Program-made: the position numbers and the translations under genes
Shown here: positions 19,512 to 28,106 of the stretch, in pieces
Layout: every line of letters starts with the position of its first letter
Position numbering within the stretch: the stretch's first letter is position 1
Notes under the pieces: generated by a model
Seen by the model: the letters and a program-made list of their open reading frames with translations, nothing else
Told to the model about the DNA's origin: nothing
Database searches by the model: none
NCBI GenBank assembly: GCA_963745075.1
Contig: CAVUWV010000014.1
Span: forward strand, 128,001 to 192,000
Reading direction: 5' to 3'
DNA from: Candidatus Hydrogenedentota bacterium
GTDB taxonomy: Bacteria; Hydrogenedentota; Hydrogenedentia; Hydrogenedentales; SLHB01
Length of the DNA: 64,000 bases

Positions 19512-19725
19512 CTAGAGCAGTTTAAGTATTGTCGTAGCCGCTGCTGCCCTCACGTACTCGTTTTCGTACTTCGTACTCGGATCGTCGAGCGTGTAGCGTT
19601 ACGGTTTGGCTAACCCAACACGTCGTTCCTCCACTGTGTCAAGACTTCGCATCTTGTCGAGTACGAAAGCGAGTACGAGTACGAAGTACGATTAAGAGGA
19701 CATGGGAGCAGTTAAATTGCTCGAG
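19512..19725. mobile_element. MITE-like 214-bp element
   Basis: Terminal IRs CTAGAGCAGTTTAA / TTAAATTGCTCGAG (12/14); internal inverted CGTACT / AGTACG arrays; no convincing ORF. Confidence 0.55.
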
Positions 19726-19851
19726 TCCCCATTTCTTGCCGCACCCAAGGTACGGGTCTGCATGATGTCGAGAAATGAGGAGTGAATCTGCAAAGCAGGA
19801 CCAATGCGAACCTGACATCTGATTGGTTGTAATCATTTGTTACGATATTTG

Positions 19852-19866
19852 GTCCAGATTCTGGAC
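19852..19866. promoter_or_regulatory. 7-1-7 palindrome, candidate enhancer (UAS)
   Basis: GTCCAGA-T-TCTGGAC; near-identical copy GTCCAAATTCTGGAC at 20142-20156. Confidence 0.6.
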
Positions 19867-19976
19867 TAGACCTTGCCAACGCAGGGGCAACGACACGTCT
19901 ATCTCGGCTCCATGGTTGTTTGTAAGATACTTATGGTAGATGACTTGCGAATTTGAGAGCAGGTTGATTCTTCCCT

Positions 19977-19992
19977 TGGCATGTCAGTTGCA
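19977..19992 (+). promoter_or_regulatory. Sigma54 -24/-12 promoter
   Basis: TGGCATGTCAGTTGCA, close to TGGCAC-N5-TTGCW; palindrome ~110 bp upstream. Confidence 0.7.
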
Positions 19993-20195
19993 CTTGTGCG
20001 GGTAAGAGCGGTGGCCGTCGTGGCAGGACGGCAGTGAATGGCCCGTGCCACCGACAACGATAAGAGATTGGGAAATTGAGCCTTATGAGTGAACAAGTGT
20101 ATGACCGGATGGCCAAGGCCCGGCAGAGCCCCAGTCGCCGTGTCCAAATTCTGGACTCGCAACGGCCGGCACCGATTTTGAAAGGGGGGCAAGCG

Positions 20196-20342
20196 ATGTT
20201 GAAACATCCGGCGACGATTGGACCAAACCAAATCGCGCGGAGCCAGACAGCCCCGGTCTTCTACTGGCTCTGGTGGATTTCCGTTGGTTGTGCGATCCTT
20301 CTGCTTTCTCTCTTGCTCTATCCGGGAATTGCGCGCACGTAA
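20196..20342 (+). CDS. Putative 48-aa single-TM small protein
   Basis: AAGGGGGG SD-like run, ATG, hydrophobic VFYWLWWISVGCAILLLSLLLY; downstream of sigma54 promoter. Confidence 0.45.
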   Translation: MLKHPATIGPNQIARSQTAPVFYWLWWISVGCAILLLSLLLYPGIART

Positions 20343-20454
20343 CGACGAACGAATGTATTCAAGGCAAAGACGATGAAGCATTGCAGCAAGCATAGCGAAT
20401 TTGTAGGCACCGAGGCCGGTGAGTTTTCTTCAGTGACCTTTAATGTGCATTCCT

Positions 20455-20610
20455 CGCGTCCGTGCCGGAGCCTCTCCCGAGAATCACAGCAGGCGAGCCC
20501 ATCGCTCGATGTGCCCATCGGAACTCCGTCGTATCCCACACCACTTGCCCATGTCGTCACTCCCACGTGACGACATTGGTCACACCCTTCGGCACGGACG
20601 CGTTCTTTTT
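20455..20610 (+). ncRNA. Candidate structured RNA
   Basis: 16-bp closing stem 20455-20470/20587-20602, inner hairpins 20494-20508 and 20551-20576, then TTCTTTTT. Confidence 0.4.
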
Positions 20611-20665
20611 GACGTGCTCGATTCTCATGGGGGTTCGAGACTGAACAGCCCGGGGGAAGGCGACG

Positions 20666-20690
20666 CGGCAGGCCATTCAAGGCCTGCCGT
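20666..20690. terminator. Hairpin just downstream of the GH42-like gene
   Basis: CGGCAGGCC-ATTCAA-GGCCTGCCG. Confidence 0.55.
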
Positions 20691-20692
20691 TG

Positions 20693-22921
20693 TCATTCGG
20701 TTACGCGGTAGATAATCGTGCTATTCTTGGGCAGGTCGTCGCGCCATACTTGCGTGTCGGTCGCGACGGGGGCCCCACGATAGGGAATCAACCGCTCGAC
20801 AAGGTGGACCGGTTCAGGCCACCGAAACCGTTCCGTTAACGCCCGATCGGTGTGGACGACGAGATACGGACCAATCACACCGACCATGCCCGGCGACTCG
20901 CGATAGAAGTTCACACCGGAGTTTCGGCAGATCCAGCGCAACAACCCCACCGGCAGGCGAGGAACCGACGTGTACACGCTGACACCGCCGCCCATGGGCC
21001 GTGCGGCGGCGGCGGCCTCTCCCGTTCCCTCGTACCGCGCGAGGATTTGCATGCCGCCGCCCTCGCCGATGCGGAAGCGTGGCGACCAATCGTGGTTGAA
21101 CGGCGCCTGCTCTTCCGTCACGGTGCTCGCGATTGCGAAGGAACCTTCCTGCTGTGTTGGCGTAACCTCGAATCCGGTGAGGTCCTCGATGCGCGACACA
21201 TCCAACCCTTTCGGTCCGACAAGCCCGGGTGCGAAGGTCCAGATAACCGTTGCTCCCCGGCGGAGGATCGAACGCACGGCGCGCTGTGCGGAATCATCGA
21301 AGCAATACGGATTTGCGAGAATAACGACTTTTGCCGAGTCCGGAATCTCCGGCAGGTCGCTCTGCAGATAGAACCCGACCGTCGTGCCGATTCGGCTGAC
21401 TTCGTGGCGCCAGTTTCCCATCGATTGCAGCAGGTAGGGCCGGGTGTCCGCGCGCAGCGCGGAAACGCTCGTTTCGTCCGCGACAAAGGCGACTTCGGGC
21501 TGGAATACGGGTTCATCGCGGGCCGTCGCCGCCATGCGGCGCAGAAGTGGCGTAGTCTTCCAGAGCCCCTCATCCAACCAGCGCCCGTCCGACAGCAGAT
21601 CGAAGTACCAGAACCCCGCCTTATGCGTCAGAAAGTTCGCGTAGTTGCGGCGGTTGACCGCGAGCGTTTCATCCAACGACCGCGTGCGGACATTCGCGCC
21701 GGGGGCGATGATGCCTTCGGGGGGGGCGATAGCGTGATGCGTGTAGGTGTCTTCCTCCAGCACCGCCAGCTTGCCGTGCAACGCGACCGAATCTACCGGC
21801 AAGTGGAAGTGTCCCGGCTGACCGATTGCCCGCTCGAAGTAGGCGTATGGCGCATGAATCATGTCCAGATCGGGACAATCCAGGAGCCGGGCCAGCGCCA
21901 GGTGGCCCGACTGGGCCAAAACCTGCGGGCCATTGTGATTCAGTTCGAAGGTATACCCATAGAACGCCCCCACCAGGGAGCGCCCGGCGGTAACTTCCTT
22001 CACTACCGACGCGAACTGCGCGATGGTATCGGCTACGAGGTCGCTCTGGTACTGTTGCGCGTCACTGGCGGGACGGTCGGCCACGGGATCGCGAAATGGA
22101 CCGAACACGGCGTGGTTCATCTTTTCCGGATTGGGCAATTCGGCCTTGGCCAGCGTTGCGTCCGGGTCCCCCCAGGCCGTCTGGAGGTCCCGGTCGGTCT
22201 CGTACTTGGCCGTCAGCCACGCGCGAAATGCGCGTTCGTTGGCCTCCGAGTAGTCCAGGGAATCGTTGGCGTGATAATAAAACCACTCTCCGGTCTGCAT
22301 GTTGGCCAGGCAAACCCCGAGAAACCGGTCCGCGTGCGGCCCTTCGACGATTTCGCCAAGCCGTGCCCGCAACAGCCGCTCCGCCTCGTCGCGCCAGACC
22401 GTACTGGCCGGCGACGCCCAGCGCACGCGGGTGCCGTCACCAAGCACGATGGACGCGTCGGGATGAGCGTCCAGCCACGCGGGCGTCCCGCCAACCCAAA
22501 TCCGGACATAGTAGTAGGCGCGGGGATTTGCCGAGCAGAATCGGCCGATGGTTTCGAGCGCGTCGTGTTTGGTATCGTTCCAATCGAGCGGAATGTTGAA
22601 CGAAATCAAATCGATCCCCGCCTTTGCCGCCTGGCGTACTTCGTCCAGCAGAATGTCGTCACGATTGAACTGGTTGTTGCCGGCAAAAAAGATGGGGGAG
22701 ACGATGCGATCGTTGATTTCGATTGCTGGGCCGCCCTTGGTGCCCGAGAGCACGTGACAGGACGGGAGTTCAGGCCGGGCGGAGGAGACCAGTAGTAGCA
22801 CTGAACACGCGGCACATAGCGCAAAGCCCCAACCTCTTCGTGCGGTCCGCAATCCGGTGGACGGAGTGGAAACCGTTTCTTGAGGGACATCTCTACGCAC
22901 TGCCACCTTTACTCCTGGCAT
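20693..22921 (-). CDS. Secreted beta-galactosidase-like glycoside hydrolase (GH42-like)
   Basis: Signal-like N-terminus, TGEWFY, DYS..AFRAWL..KY..L..AW, EEDTYT, C-terminal glutamine-amidotransferase-like domain; start uncertain. Confidence 0.72.
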   Translation of the reverse strand: MPGVKVAVRRDVPQETVSTPSTGLRTARRGWGFALCAACSVLLLVSSARPELPSCHVLSGTKGGPAIEINDRIVSPIFFAGNNQFNRDDILLDEVRQAAKAGIDLISFNIPLDWNDTKHDALETIGRFCSANPRAYYYVRIWVGGTPAWLDAHPDASIVLGDGTRVRWASPASTVWRDEAERLLRARLGEIVEGPHADRFLGVCLANMQTGEWFYYHANDSLDYSEANERAFRAWLTAKYETDRDLQTAWGDPDATLAKAELPNPEKMNHAVFGPFRDPVADRPASDAQQYQSDLVADTIAQFASVVKEVTAGRSLVGAFYGYTFELNHNGPQVLAQSGHLALARLLDCPDLDMIHAPYAYFERAIGQPGHFHLPVDSVALHGKLAVLEEDTYTHHAIAPPEGIIAPGANVRTRSLDETLAVNRRNYANFLTHKAGFWYFDLLSDGRWLDEGLWKTTPLLRRMAATARDEPVFQPEVAFVADETSVSALRADTRPYLLQSMGNWRHEVSRIGTTVGFYLQSDLPEIPDSAKVVILANPYCFDDSAQRAVRSILRRGATVIWTFAPGLVGPKGLDVSRIEDLTGFEVTPTQQEGSFAIASTVTEEQAPFNHDWSPRFRIGEGGGMQILARYEGTGEAAAAARPMGGGVSVYTSVPRLPVGLLRWICRNSGVNFYRESPGMVGVIGPYLVVHTDRALTERFRWPEPVHLVERLIPYRGAPVATDTQVWRDDLPKNSTIIYRVTE

Positions 22922-23014
22922 TCGATTTCAGTATCCAGCGGCTTACACGCTGCGATCCTAATATGTCGCGAGGAATGGGAACAAGAAGGACGCGAGAGTG
23001 AGGGAAAAACGCGA

Positions 23015-23992
23015 CTACGAACCGCGTATCAAGACAAATTCCGCCAAGCCATGCATGCTGTCGCGATAGGTGCCCGAGGGAAGCGCGGAAAGCGCCGCCT
23101 GGGCCTCGTCGGCATATTCACGCGCCAAAGCTTCGGTTCGCTCTCGTGCCCGCGTGGATTCCAGCATGTCCGCCACCCAGGCTTGGTCGGCCGGTGACAG
23201 TGGTTTGCCACGCATACCGTCCAGCCGCGCCTCGCCGGCTGCGTCCAGTCCTTCCCGCATGTACAGGAGCGGCAACGTCCGTTTGCCCTCGACGATGTCG
23301 CCGAATGCCGGTTTCCCGAGGGTTTCCCGGTTCTGGGACAGGTCCAGCACGTCGTCAATCAATTGAAACGCGATGCCGATGGCCATCCCGAAGTCGTACA
23401 ATCCGTCGCGCGGCGCTCCGTCGATCAGGCAGGACGGCGTCGCGCAGGTGACCGCGAAAAGACTTGCCGTCTTCTGTCGCGCCAAGCTGATGCACGCTTC
23501 CTTGGAATGGTGATCGCGGCCCAGCCCGAAGTTGGTAAGTTCGCCCTCCGCCATCTGCCGGACCGAATCGATCGCGCTCGTGATGACCGCACAGGAATCG
23601 TAACAACTCATGATTGCGATCGCGCGCGCGACCAGGTAGTCGCCGCCCAACACAGCCGTGTGGTTGTCCCACATGGCATTGAGCGACCGCACGCCCCGCC
23701 GCAAGTCCGAACCGTCGATGACGTCGTCATGAGCCAACGCGGCCAAATGGAGTAGTTCCATCGCGGTTGCAAGCGGAACGAAGCGGGCCGTATCGTCGGC
23801 TCCGCCGGCTCGCGCCGAAAGCAGGCACAGGGCCGGCCGCAGCATCTTGCCCCCGGATGGCGGTTTTGGCAATTCGCTGCCGTGCACGAGACGCAACGCC
23901 TCGGTCCATAGGCCGGCAACCGCCGCGCGGACCGATTCCATCTCGGTTTGAACAGGCTTGTATAACTCGCTAAGCGTCAGCGTGGTTTGCAT
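23015..23992 (-). CDS. Polyprenyl diphosphate synthase (IspB/HepT-like)
   Basis: GGKMLRP, LAHDDVID..RRG, FQLIDDVLD, EGKRTLP; start at MQTT. Confidence 0.94.
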   Translation of the reverse strand: MQTTLTLSELYKPVQTEMESVRAAVAGLWTEALRLVHGSELPKPPSGGKMLRPALCLLSARAGGADDTARFVPLATAMELLHLAALAHDDVIDGSDLRRGVRSLNAMWDNHTAVLGGDYLVARAIAIMSCYDSCAVITSAIDSVRQMAEGELTNFGLGRDHHSKEACISLARQKTASLFAVTCATPSCLIDGAPRDGLYDFGMAIGIAFQLIDDVLDLSQNRETLGKPAFGDIVEGKRTLPLLYMREGLDAAGEARLDGMRGKPLSPADQAWVADMLESTRARERTEALAREYADEAQAALSALPSGTYRDSMHGLAEFVLIRGS

Positions 23993-24078
23993 GGGGACGG
24001 ATTGTACCACACCGGAACGGACTCGTTCGACATCTGCGTCCGAAGTGGTCACGAGAACTTTGCCACTTAAAGCGTCGG

Positions 24079-24206
24079 CTGGGAGCGCTTGGCTCCAGCC
24101 TGACGACGCTTCAGGGCGAGTCCATCGCGGACGAGCAATCGCAAGTTGGTATGTCGCCGCCGGTAAACACTCCGAACCCCGCCAGGCTGGAGCCAGGCGC
24201 TCCCAG
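24079..24206. repeat. REP-doublet-like inverted repeat
   Basis: 27-bp arms CTGGGAGCGCTTGGCTCCAGCCTGACG / CGCCAGGCTGGAGCCAGGCGCTCCCAG (25/27), 74-bp spacer. Confidence 0.8.
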
Positions 24207-24403
24207 TGTCGCCGCAATCCTGATCCCGCGATCCTTTCGTATCCCAACGATCGTGATTCGAAATCACGCCAAGAGTCCGGGCCGGACACGGACAAGTTGC
24301 GTGCGTTTGCCCCGGGCGAACAGCGTTGCCATATCGTCTGACGCGCGGTAGAATGGGGTGGGCACTTAGGGCAGCATCCAACCATGAGAAAGGGGGTCTT
24401 GCC

Positions 24404-24892
24404 ATGAGTGACGCAACCTCGCTTTGCGTTCACGACGCAGTGATTGCAGGCGACGCTGCCCGTGTTCACGCCCTTATCGACGAAGACCCAACCCTCCTGG
24501 AAGCCCGGGATGACGACGGTTTTACCCCGCTCCTGCTTGCCGCCGAGTTCGGATGTTTCCCCATGGCAAAGTTCCTTCTCGACCGGGGTGCCGACCCGAA
24601 CGCTCGGGACCAGTACGGCGATCCCCCCGTGTTGCTCGCCGTGCGAACCGGCAGTAAGCGCATGGTTCGATTCCTGGTCGAGCGCGGCGCCGATGTCAAC
24701 GCCCAAAACGACATGGGATGGACGGCCCTGCACGAAGCCGCGGACGACGACTACAAGGGGATGGCGCAGCTCCTGATCGAACTCGGCGCTGACCTCTTGG
24801 CCCGGGATAACCAAGGCCGAACCGCGCTCGACCTCGCGGGATCGGATTATCATTCCGCCGTCGCCCGGCTACTGAGCAAGCACCAACGCTGA
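24404..24892 (+). CDS. Ankyrin repeat protein
   Basis: GFTPLLLAA..GADPNARD, GWTALHEAA, GRTALDLA. Confidence 0.93.
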   Translation: MSDATSLCVHDAVIAGDAARVHALIDEDPTLLEARDDDGFTPLLLAAEFGCFPMAKFLLDRGADPNARDQYGDPPVLLAVRTGSKRMVRFLVERGADVNAQNDMGWTALHEAADDDYKGMAQLLIELGADLLARDNQGRTALDLAGSDYHSAVARLLSKHQR

Positions 24893-25028
24893 GGGCCGCG
24901 CATCGCCTGACCCGAATCTCGCGACAAGAAGATCCTCCTGCGCGGAGGTGATCCGCGCAGGAGGATTATTCTATGGGCTCACGCTGGCTTGGGTGCCCCC
25001 CCTAAGTTGTGGTCACAATTTCGCCAGA

Positions 25029-25256
25029 TCACGTACCTCGGTTGACCCATCCCGTGAATCCGGCCAACTTGTTTACCGGCCACTCGTCAGTCGGATACTT
25101 GATAAACTTCACATGGCCGTCCATGCACAACACGTTGCTTCCACCGGGGACGTGATTGAAATCGGTAACCAGAATGGATACGGCAACCCACATTACTGGG
25201 AGTTGGCTTTGCGCGGTTGCACTGCCTGCATTGGTTTCGCCATGAGCATCAAAGCC
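25029..25256 (-). pseudogene. C-terminal remnant of a DUF1559/H-X9-DG-CTERM prepilin-associated protein
   Basis: Hand translation AGSATAQSQLPVMW..FNHVPGGSNVLCMDGHVKFIKYP..WPV; in-frame stop at 25257-25259 and no N-terminal part. Confidence 0.78.
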
Positions 25257-25284
25257 TCAAATCGGACTTGTGCAACAGTCCCGG

Positions 25285-26388
25285 TCAGCCGCGAAGTCGT
25301 TCCAGAATCTCCAAGCCCCGTTGGATCGTCCCGTCGTCTGCCGCAAAGCTGATCCGGAAGTGAGACTTCCGTTCGCTGAACACCGAACCCGGAATGATCA
25401 GTAAATTGTTCTCGATCGCTTTGCTGACAAACGCGTCGCCGTTTTCAATCGGGGCCTGAGGGAAGATGTAGAATGCGCCGCCCGGCTTAACCACGTCGAA
25501 TCCCCGCTCGACCAGACCGCGATAAATCTGATCCCGTTTCTTACGATACGCGTCGATTCGGGGGGAATGGTCCATTTCGAGGGCCTTGACGGCCGCCTTC
25601 TGGGCGAAGGACGGCGCGCAGACGAAGGTGTATTGCTGGAGCGTGTTCATCTCGTTCAGCAGATTTTTCGGACCAGCCGCAAATCCTACGCGCCATCCGG
25701 TCATCGCCGCCATCTTGGAGAACCCATTCAACACGATGGTGTTTTCGTAGAGACCTGCCATCGTGCAGGGAGGATCATCGTAATGAAACTGATCGTAGAT
25801 GTCATCGCTGATGACCAGGAGATTGTGGGTACGCGCCACCTCCGCGAGGTCGCGCATTTCCTGCAACGTCAGCGTTACCCCGGTTGGATTGGACGGCGAA
25901 TTGACGATCAGCACCTTGGACTTGGGCGTAATCACTCGCTCGACAGCTTCTGCCGATAACTTGAAGTCGGGATACGTATCCACCATTCGGCAAACGCCGC
26001 CGATTAAATTGGTGAGGTGTTTGTACATGACGAAATACGGATCGCCGAAGATTACTTCGTCGCCAGGATTCACGGTGGCCAACAAGGCGAGAAACAATCC
26101 GCCCGACACGCCGGACGTAATCATGACGTTCTCCAGGGGCGTGCCGAACCGGCGCTGGTAATAGCTCGACGCCGCCTCGCGAAGTTCCTCGATACCCCAG
26201 GTCTGAGTGTACTTGTTGAAACCGCCCCGTATTTGATCGATGGCGACTTCTTTGATCGCATCGTCCACGTCAAAATCCGGCTGGCCAATACTCAGATTGA
26301 CCGGATTCTCCAGCGTCGCCGCCAGCGCAAACACTTTCCGGATACCGCTCGAGTCAATCTTGCCCATCCGATCCGCGCGAAAACTCAT
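25285..26388 (-). CDS. Class I/II PLP aminotransferase
   Basis: NLSIGQPDF, NSPSNPTG, SDDIY, NGFSK..MTGWRVG, PGGAFY. Confidence 0.95.
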   Translation of the reverse strand: MSFRADRMGKIDSSGIRKVFALAATLENPVNLSIGQPDFDVDDAIKEVAIDQIRGGFNKYTQTWGIEELREAASSYYQRRFGTPLENVMITSGVSGGLFLALLATVNPGDEVIFGDPYFVMYKHLTNLIGGVCRMVDTYPDFKLSAEAVERVITPKSKVLIVNSPSNPTGVTLTLQEMRDLAEVARTHNLLVISDDIYDQFHYDDPPCTMAGLYENTIVLNGFSKMAAMTGWRVGFAAGPKNLLNEMNTLQQYTFVCAPSFAQKAAVKALEMDHSPRIDAYRKKRDQIYRGLVERGFDVVKPGGAFYIFPQAPIENGDAFVSKAIENNLLIIPGSVFSERKSHFRISFAADDGTIQRGLEILERLRG

Positions 26389-26500
26389 GAACCCTCCTTC
26401 CAAATACGGCGAAACCACACATAGGCCCGGATCGTATCATATGACCGCCCATGAAAAGCGAATGATAGCGTAGGAAGATCGCTTTGAGTCCGGGGTCTGG

Positions 26501-27995
26501 TCAGCCGGACTCCGGTGGGCTTTTTTCGAGTTGACGGAGTAACGCGTCGAGATCGATCCGTGCGAGAGTGGTTGCACGGTCGGCCGTCGCATAGGGCAAA
26601 TACAAATACTGACCATGGATCATCCCGCCACACGAATACACCACGTTGGGCACGTAGCCGTCCCGTTCGTGTTCCAGGGGTTCGATCAATGGTTCGCGTA
26701 AGCGGCCGATCATGCGGCATGGATTCTCCAAGTCCAAGAGCATGGCGCCGATGCAATACCTACGCATGGGGCCGACGCCGTGGGTTAACAGCAGCCACCC
26801 GCGATCGGTTTCGATTGGGGAGCCGCAGTTCCCCACGATCATCAGTTCCCAGGGATACCGTGGTTTCGCGAGAAGTTCGGCGCTCTCCCAAAAATGAAGC
26901 ATGTCGGAGTACATAATGAACAGATTCTGGCCATCGATACGCGAACACATGGCGTAGTGACCGTTGATCCTGCGCGGGAATAGTCCCATGCCCTTGTTCT
27001 GCGCACATGCGCCGTTCAAAGTATGAATCGAGACGCTGCGAAAATCCGCGGTTTCGAGCAGCATCGGTAAGATTCGATAACCGTTAAACGCGGTGTACGT
27101 GCCAAAATACCGGACGGTCCCGTCCTCCTCGACGAACCGGACGAGACGAAGATCCTCGACCCCTCGTGACTCATTCTCGCTCTGGGGGAAGATGACAACG
27201 GATGAGACATCCGCATCTGGAGCCAGCCGCAACTGATAGTTCGAACGCGCCAGCCAGCGTATACTCTCGGCCGTATCCACGAATCGCGCGAGACCCCGCG
27301 AACCGCTTCGCTTGTTTGTCAGCGCCTCCTCCAGTGCCCCCAGTGTGAAGGAGTCCTCTAATTTGCCGAGTACCGCGTCTACTATGGCCGTATCCACCGA
27401 CATCTCACCCAGTTTTCGGCGGAAAAGCTCTTTGTCGTAGTGGTGATCGGGTGCGAGCCGCGCACGCCCCGAAAACCGTGGCGCCGGCTCGAGTTCGACC
27501 TCGTGCTGTGAATTGATGACCCCCTGACGAAACACGATGGACGATACGTGGCCCTCCCCCGTGGCGCGCAGGCTCATAACGAATCGCATGGCTCCCTCAG
27601 ACACGCCCTCCTGGACGGGGTGGAGAACGATCGAGGGATTGAAGAGCGCGCAGGATTCTTGCGAGAATTCCATCGTGAAATAGCTGCCGATGAGTAGACG
27701 CCGATCTTCCGAGACCTTCTTGCGTTTGCCCAGGTTTTCGCGAACGGCGGCATAGTTTTCGCGCAATACCGTGGTAAGGTCTTCGTGACGTTCCTGCGAA
27801 ACGTTCGTATACGGACGCCAGTATTTCGCGCACTTCCTCGTCCGGCATTTTCTGGATGCGTTCCAGCGCGTTTTGCATTCGCAATCCGGTCCACGGCGCG
27901 AAAGGCAATGTAATTACACGCCTATCATCGCTTTCCACTTTGAAAGACATGCGTTGCACAAGCTCTTGAGCCGCGACGCCAGAGTCTACAGCCAT
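26501..27995 (-). CDS. GH130-family glycosidase/phosphorylase with +1 frameshift near 27791
   Basis: ALFNPS, SLRATGEGHVSS, GVEDLR, NCGSPIET, GYVPNVVYSCG; removing one A joins ..ERFAG to RHEDLTTVLREN. Confidence 0.85.
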
Positions 27996-28106
27996 AGTTC
28001 TTCTCCCAATCTGCAGTCTTCGTGCCCTCGCGCCAAGAATTCTGACCGTCACCCTTCAACGCACGGCCCAACGCGGCGCACCGAAGAACCAAGTTACGGC
28101 CGACGT

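Noticed and set aside
19553..19690. CRISPR array
   Set aside because: Units are 6-7 bp, inverted and lack unique spacers; no cas genes
20852..22795. 647-aa + strand ORF
   Set aside because: Antisense shadow of the GH42-like gene; no motifs; expected in GC-rich DNA
23993..24853. N-terminal extension making the prenyl synthase 612 aa
   Set aside because: Runs antisense through the ankyrin gene and the inverted repeat; family similarity starts at MQTT (23992)
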